From the NCBI GenBank assembly GCA_001770205.1, contig MEQL01000049.1, positions 62,001 through 83,445 of the forward strand: a stretch of 21,445 nucleotides of DNA, in the 5' to 3' direction. The notes below the pieces were generated by a model. The model was given only the letters and a program-made list of their open reading frames with translations. It searched no databases and had not been told where the DNA came from. How positions within the stretch are numbered: position 1 is the first letter of the stretch; each line of letters begins with the position of its first letter. The DNA comes from Bdellovibrionales bacterium RIFOXYD12_FULL_39_22 (lineage in GTDB: Bacteria > Bdellovibrionota > Bacteriovoracia > Bacteriovoracales > Bacteriovoracaceae). This document shows positions 16,777-21,445 of this stretch, piece after piece. Made by a program: the position numbers and the translations under genes.

Positions 16777-16801
16777 TTAAATAGCCAATCAGGAATATAG
16801 T
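16773..16801 (+). promoter_or_regulatory. sigma70 promoter with a probable ArsR operator in the spacer
   Basis: TTGATT-N17-TATAGT. The spacer and -10 carry the imperfect dyad ATAGCCAATCAGGAATAT (ATAnnC-N6-GnnTAT, 16781-16798). AAGGAG and ATG16824 follow. Confidence 0.7.
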
Positions 16802-16823
16802 TTTCTTCATAAAAGGAGAAGCT

Positions 16824-17057
16824 ATGAAAATTGAAATTCTTGGAACCGGCTGTCCTAAATGTAAAAAACTCTATGAAAACACCCTTGCTGCCGTGCAAAC
16901 ATCTGGTGTTAGTGTGCAGGTTGAAAAAATTGAGGACATGGAAAAAATCATTAACTATGGAGTTCTGTCAACACCTGCTATTGCAATAGATGGAATTATC
17001 AAATCTGCGGGAAAACTTCTTTCCCTTGATGAAATTAAGGCCCTCATTTCTAAATAG
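16824..17057 (+). CDS. arsE: Small redox-active disulfide protein (MTH895/ArsE thioredoxin-like family)
   Basis: MKIEILGTGCPKC...YGVLSTPAIAIDG, 77 aa, no signal peptide, strong RBS. Confidence 0.88.
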   Translation: MKIEILGTGCPKCKKLYENTLAAVQTSGVSVQVEKIEDMEKIINYGVLSTPAIAIDGIIKSAGKLLSLDEIKALISK

Positions 17058-17098
17058 GAAACCACTGAAAAATGCTTAAAGCATTGCAAGGAAATTAT

Positions 17099-17581
17099 AT
17101 GCTCCTAAAGAAGAATTTTAAAATCATCCTAACTTCGCTTCTTTCTCTCTTTGTGATTATCAGTATTGGGTTTGCAGTATTTAAAGAAAGGCAAGAAACT
17201 ACAGAAGCCGAAGTTAAAAAAAAACAACCCACTTTCTCCCATCACTATATTGCATACTATTTTCATGGAAATGCTAGATGTCAGTCTTGCTATAAGATAG
17301 AATCTTATACCTCTGAAACCATCAAAACAAAATTTGCCAAAGAGTTATCGGACGGAACTGTTACTTGGGAAGCTGTGAATGTCGAAGAGGGGATGAATCA
17401 ACGTTATGTACAAAAATATTCTCTTAATACAAAATCAGTTGTGCTGAGTGAAGTAGAAAATGGAAAAGAAATTAAATGGAAAAATTTAGATAAAGTTTGG
17501 AAGCTTCTTGGAAATCAAACTCAATTTCAAGCTTATATAGAGGCCGAAGTTAAGGACTTTTTAAAGGCAAATAAAACATGA
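17099..17581 (+). CDS. arsF: ArsF-family thioredoxin-like protein with an N-terminal membrane anchor
   Basis: One N-terminal TM helix, YYFHGNARCQSC (CxxC), WKNLDKVW; lies between arsE-like and arsG-like genes. ATG17099 has AAGGA upstream. Confidence 0.75.
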   Translation: MLLKKNFKIILTSLLSLFVIISIGFAVFKERQETTEAEVKKKQPTFSHHYIAYYFHGNARCQSCYKIESYTSETIKTKFAKELSDGTVTWEAVNVEEGMNQRYVQKYSLNTKSVVLSEVENGKEIKWKNLDKVWKLLGNQTQFQAYIEAEVKDFLKANKT

Positions 17582-18264
17582 CATTTTTAATTGCTCTAGC
17601 AAGTTCTTTTTGGCTTGGAGTCTTAACCTCCATCAGTCCTTGCCCGCTTGCAACGAATATTGCCGCCATTTCGTATGTGAGTCGAAAATCTCACCGCCTT
17701 ATGTTCGTCTTTACAACTGGAGTCTGCTACGCCCTAGGAAGAATTTTGGCCTATTCAATTTTAAGTGTACTTATTGTGGAAAGCTTACTTTCTATTCCCT
17801 CTGTATCATTCTTTTTTCAAAAGTACATGCATCTTCTTTTGGGGCCACTTCTTATTATTGTAGGAATGTTTTTACTTGAACTCATCTCTATTCCAATTCC
17901 TTCTATTTTTAAAACAAGTTCTCTTGAAAATAGATTTAAAGAAGGAGGGTTTTGGGGAGCGATGGGACTAGGGTTTCTTTTTGCCCTTGCCTTCTGTCCC
18001 GTTTCTGCGGCACTTTATTTTGGAAGTTTGATTCCGCTTGCTGTCGGCCATCGTTCTCCCATAATTATCTCACTAATTTTTGGAATAGGCACGGCATTGC
18101 CAGTTCTTCTTTTCTCTATTGCTCTCGCTTTGGGTAGCAAGGTTGCCGCCAAACTTTTTACAAGAGTTACAGTGATTGAAAAATGGATCAGCGTGATTAC
18201 AGGGGCCACAATTTTACTCGTCGGAACTTACTTTTGCTTAACCTATATCTTTAAACTAATTTGA
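17578..18264 (+). CDS. arsG: ArsG-family / CcdA(DsbD-beta)-like membrane protein
   Basis: About 6 TM helices; [18 protein letters not shown] and [19 protein letters not shown] motifs; ATGA overlap with arsF. Confidence 0.8.
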   Translation: MTFLIALASSFWLGVLTSISPCPLATNIAAISYVSRKSHRLMFVFTTGVCYALGRILAYSILSVLIVESLLSIPSVSFFFQKYMHLLLGPLLIIVGMFLLELISIPIPSIFKTSSLENRFKEGGFWGAMGLGFLFALAFCPVSAALYFGSLIPLAVGHRSPIIISLIFGIGTALPVLLFSIALALGSKVAAKLFTRVTVIEKWISVITGATILLVGTYFCLTYIFKLI

Positions 18265-18271
18265 GGATAAT

Positions 18272-19300
18272 ATGCGTAAACACCTACCGTTTTTAGATCG
18301 CTTCCTCACACTATGGATTTTTATAGCAATGGGAACAGGAATTGCTTTGGGGTATTTTTTTCCAAGCACAGTTCCTTTTCTTAACAATTTTAATATTGGA
18401 ACAACTTCAATCCCAATTGCAATAGGTCTTATCTTAATGATGTATCCTCCTCTTGCAAAAATCAAGTATGAGGAGATGGGCAGAGTTTTTAGAAATAGAA
18501 AAGTTCTTCTTCTTTCTCTTGTTCAAAACTGGCTCATTGGGCCTGTGCTTATGTTTCTTCTTGCAGTTTTATTTTTACGCGATACACCAGAATACATGAT
18601 TGGCCTTATTATGATTGGTCTTGCTCGTTGTATAGCGATGGTCATTGTCTGGAATGATCTTGCCGAGGGAGATACCGAGTATTGTGCTGGCCTTGTCGCC
18701 TTTAATTCAATTTTTCAAGTCCTCTTCTTTTCAATTTATGCTTACTTTTTCATTACCCTTGCTCCGTCTTGGCTTGGGATTCAGGGGGCGGTTGTCAATA
18801 TCACAATTGGAGAGATTGCCCAGTCTGTTTTTATCTATCTAGGGATTCCATTTCTGGCCGGAATGATGACTCGTTATTTTTTAGTTAAGGCAAAAGGAAA
18901 GCCTTGGTATCAGACAAGTTTTATTCCAAAAATAAGTCCTATTACTTTGATAGCCCTTCTCTTTACGATTATTTTAATGTTCTCCCTCAAGGGAGAATAT
19001 ATCGTAGAACTTCCTCTCGATGTTGCAAGGATTGCTATTCCGCTTCTCATCTATTTTATCATCATGTTCCTTCTCTCTTTTTTTATGAGTAAAAAATTTG
19101 GAGCAAGTTATGGAGAGGCAACGACGCTTTCTTTTACTGCGGCTTCAAACAATTTTGAACTTGCTATCGCCGTTGCCATTGCAACTTTTGGGATAAATCA
19201 TGGTGCAGCTTTTGCTGCCGTTATTGGCCCACTAGTTGAGGTTCCCGTCTTGATAGGACTTGTAAATGTGGCATTGTGGTTTAGAAAAAAATATTTCTAA
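18272..19300 (+). CDS. acr3: ACR3-family arsenite efflux transporter
   Basis: [74 protein letters not shown]. Confidence 0.97.
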   Translation: MRKHLPFLDRFLTLWIFIAMGTGIALGYFFPSTVPFLNNFNIGTTSIPIAIGLILMMYPPLAKIKYEEMGRVFRNRKVLLLSLVQNWLIGPVLMFLLAVLFLRDTPEYMIGLIMIGLARCIAMVIVWNDLAEGDTEYCAGLVAFNSIFQVLFFSIYAYFFITLAPSWLGIQGAVVNITIGEIAQSVFIYLGIPFLAGMMTRYFLVKAKGKPWYQTSFIPKISPITLIALLFTIILMFSLKGEYIVELPLDVARIAIPLLIYFIIMFLLSFFMSKKFGASYGEATTLSFTAASNNFELAIAVAIATFGINHGAAFAAVIGPLVEVPVLIGLVNVALWFRKKYF

Positions 19301-19313
19301 AATGAGAGGATAT

Positions 19314-19736
19314 ATGAGCTGGAAATCAGAAGCTGATACAATCAAAGAACTTAGTCCCAAACATATTCTTTTTTTATGTGTTGCCAACTCTGCTAGAAGC
19401 CAGATGGCCGAAGGAATTGCGAGAAAATTAGCACCCAAAGGGACTATCATTTCATCAGCAGGCTCCAGGCCAAGTAAGGTAAACCCGCATTCTGTTGATG
19501 TACTACAAGAAATTGGGATAGACATATCATCTCACATTTCAAAAAGTGTTGATTCTGTAGATCCTCAAGGCGTGGATATTGTTATTACTTTGTGTGCTGA
19601 AGAAGTTTGTCCTGTTTTTTGGGGAAGTGCAAAGCTTTTTCATTGGGGACTTCCAGATCCAACAAGTGAATTAGATTCCTTTAGAGCTGTTCGTGATGAA
19701 CTTTTAAAAAGGCTTATTTATCTTTTTAGGAAATAA
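19314..19736 (+). CDS. arsC: Arsenate reductase, thioredoxin-coupled LMW-PTP fold
   Basis: P-loop LFLCVANSARSQMAEG, ITLCAEEVCP (resolving Cys pair), HWGLPDP, FRAVRDE. ATG19314 follows GAGGA. Confidence 0.93.
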   Translation: MSWKSEADTIKELSPKHILFLCVANSARSQMAEGIARKLAPKGTIISSAGSRPSKVNPHSVDVLQEIGIDISSHISKSVDSVDPQGVDIVITLCAEEVCPVFWGSAKLFHWGLPDPTSELDSFRAVRDELLKRLIYLFRK

Positions 19737-19739
19737 ATT

Positions 19740-21203
19740 ATGATTAACAAAATTAACTTTGAATGGCGACATCTTGACTTAAATTCTGTAACCTGTTCTC
19801 GTTGTTCTGAGACAGGGAAGAACATTCAAGAAGTTATTTATGAGCTAAAAATTAGATTTCAAAATAATTTAGAGATTTCTTTTACTGAAATAAAATTAGG
19901 TAAAGAGAGAATTAAAGAATCTAATCTTGTTCTTATTAATGGAGTTGAAATTGAAAAAATCCTTCAGGATATGACAGCATCCGAAAATGATTGTCCGTCT
20001 TGCTGTGATCTTCTTGAAGAGCAAACTTGTTGTCGAACTCTTGTTGAAAAAGATGGAACGGTTCATGAAGAAGTGAGTAAAGAACTTTTGTTAAAAGCTG
20101 CTATAGCTACTTTAAAAATAGACGATAAAAAACAAAACTGTTGTTGTTCTACTGAAAAGAGTTGTTGCTCTTCACAACAATCTAGTCGCTTAAAAACACA
20201 ACTAACAATTCTTGTTTTTTTGTTCTTAACATGGATAGCTCTTTATTCTTATCTTCCTTCCATTTCAAAATTTGTCGCTTACACCATTTTTTGTCTTAAA
20301 GAAGGAACTCATCTTGGAGCTTCAATTGAGTTTTTCTTTCTTGATGTTCCTAAAGTTTTAATGCTTCTTGCTTTAATTGTGTTTTTTGTTGGAATTATCC
20401 GATCATTTTTTACTCCTGAAAGAACAAGAAAAATTTTGGCAGGAAAGAAAGAATCCGTTGGAAACGTCTGGGCCGCATTACTTGGTATTGTTACACCTTT
20501 TTGTTCTTGTTCTGCAGTTCCACTTTTTATTGGATTTGTTTCAGCAGGAGTTCCTCTTGGCGTGACTTTTTCATTTTTAATTTCTGCCCCAATGGTTAAT
20601 GAAATTGCTCTCGTCCTTCTCTATGGAATGTTCGGATGGAAGGTGGCACTCATCTATTTATCTACAGGGCTTTTCATTGCTATTGTTTCTGGTTGGGTTA
20701 TTGGACGACTCAAAATGGAGGCCTACATTGAAGACTGGGTGGGAAACGCCAAAGCTCCCGTGAAAAATGAAACTGAACAAACAGCACAATGGAGTGGACG
20801 TATTGATTACGGAGTTCAAGCGGTAAAGGACATTATTGGAAAAGTTTGGTTATATATTATTTTAGGAATTGCAGTTGGAGCTGGTATTCACGGTTATGTG
20901 CCAGAAGATTTTATGGCATCTATCATGGGGAAAGAGGCATGGTGGTCAGTTCCACTTGCCGTGCTTATAGGTGTCCCTCTTTATTCAAATGCCGCAGGAA
21001 TTATTCCTGTTGTTCACGCTCTTCTAGAAAAAGGAGCGGCGCTTGGTACTGTCTTGGCATTTATGATGGCCGTGATAGGACTCTCTCTCCCTGAAATAAT
21101 TATTTTAAGAAAAATTCTTAAAATGCGTTTAATCGCAGTTTTTGTTGGTGTTGTTGCTTTTGGGATTCTTGTTATTGGGTATCTTTTTAATTTGATTTTT
21201 TGA
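19740..21203 (+). CDS. arsP: ArsP/DUF318-family permease fused to an N-terminal DUF2703-like Cys-rich domain
   Basis: N-terminal EWRHLD..TCSRCSETG, ESNLVLING, CPSCC, CCRT (DUF2703-like); linker CCCSTEKSCCSS; permease motifs TPFCSCSAVP, LISAPMVNE, IHGYVP, GVPLYSNAAG, GLSLPE. Confidence 0.88.
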   Translation: MINKINFEWRHLDLNSVTCSRCSETGKNIQEVIYELKIRFQNNLEISFTEIKLGKERIKESNLVLINGVEIEKILQDMTASENDCPSCCDLLEEQTCCRTLVEKDGTVHEEVSKELLLKAAIATLKIDDKKQNCCCSTEKSCCSSQQSSRLKTQLTILVFLFLTWIALYSYLPSISKFVAYTIFCLKEGTHLGASIEFFFLDVPKVLMLLALIVFFVGIIRSFFTPERTRKILAGKKESVGNVWAALLGIVTPFCSCSAVPLFIGFVSAGVPLGVTFSFLISAPMVNEIALVLLYGMFGWKVALIYLSTGLFIAIVSGWVIGRLKMEAYIEDWVGNAKAPVKNETEQTAQWSGRIDYGVQAVKDIIGKVWLYIILGIAVGAGIHGYVPEDFMASIMGKEAWWSVPLAVLIGVPLYSNAAGIIPVVHALLEKGAALGTVLAFMMAVIGLSLPEIIILRKILKMRLIAVFVGVVAFGILVIGYLFNLIF

Positions 21204-21204
21204 G

Positions 21205-21366
21205 ATGAGCTTTCGAACTGCGCGCATTGAGAATAGAAAGCGGTTGCATCCAGCTGATGCGATTCAACTCAAGCAATTAAAAAATGTTCGACAAAACTCG
21301 ATTGAAGTAGCAATGTACCAAATGTTCGTTGAAGAAGAAAATATGGTATTAATACCAATTATGTAA
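21205..21366 (+). CDS. Possible 53-aa small ORF directly after arsP
   Basis: ATG 1 nt after the arsP stop; MSFRTARIENRKRLHPADAIQLKQLKNVRQNSIEVAMYQMFVEEENMVLIPIM*; no clear RBS or motif. Confidence 0.25.
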   Translation: MSFRTARIENRKRLHPADAIQLKQLKNVRQNSIEVAMYQMFVEEENMVLIPIM

Positions 21367-21409
21367 AATAAAAGTGGGCCAAATGTACTAAGTTTGCTAA
21401 ATTTTTCGG

Positions 21410-21445
21410 ATGGAAAATTTAAAAGATTTAGTAAAAAAAATTCAA
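21410..21445 (+). CDS. Possible start of the next gene, truncated by the window end
   Basis: ATG21410 opens MENLKDLVKKIQ, which runs to the edge; too short to assign. Confidence 0.3.
   Translation, partial: MENLKDLVKKIQ

Noticed and set aside
750..21094. Short antisense or off-frame ORFs in the track (e.g. 750-1097, 7544-7984, 8088-8423, 11491-11931, 14013-14270, 19232-19525, 20846-21094)
   Set aside because: Each lies wholly or mostly within well-supported genes and lacks an RBS or motif; they are shadow ORFs.
16429..21203. Selenocysteine read-through in the redox or ars genes
   Set aside because: All redox motifs use Cys codons, and the TGA stops fall at expected C-termini with the next gene or promoter directly after.

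Overview
AT-rich bacterial chromosomal window. A Bdellovibrionota/Bacteriovoracia-like origin is an inference from the many orphan secreted proteins, sigma54-type promoters and strong GGCC excess. From left to right: a 5'-truncated hypothetical gene and priA; a minus-strand envelope trio (TPR-like lipoprotein, PorV/TraF/FadL-like barrel, helical protein with a C-terminal beta-signal) behind a candidate sigma54 promoter; a plus-strand phosphoester-scavenging module (barrel, GDPD lipoprotein, barrel, calcineurin-like phosphoesterase); three orphan secreted proteins; modABC; a convergent barrel-like gene; a DUF1566/CLec-like lipoprotein; and an arsenic-resistance cluster arsR-arsE-arsF-arsG-acr3-arsC-(DUF2703::arsP fusion). 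The ars cluster has a sigma70 promoter and likely operator between arsR and the structural genes. I saw no tRNA, rRNA, CRISPR array, transposase, integrase or reverse transcriptase. All family assignments come from motif recognition by eye, not from database searches.
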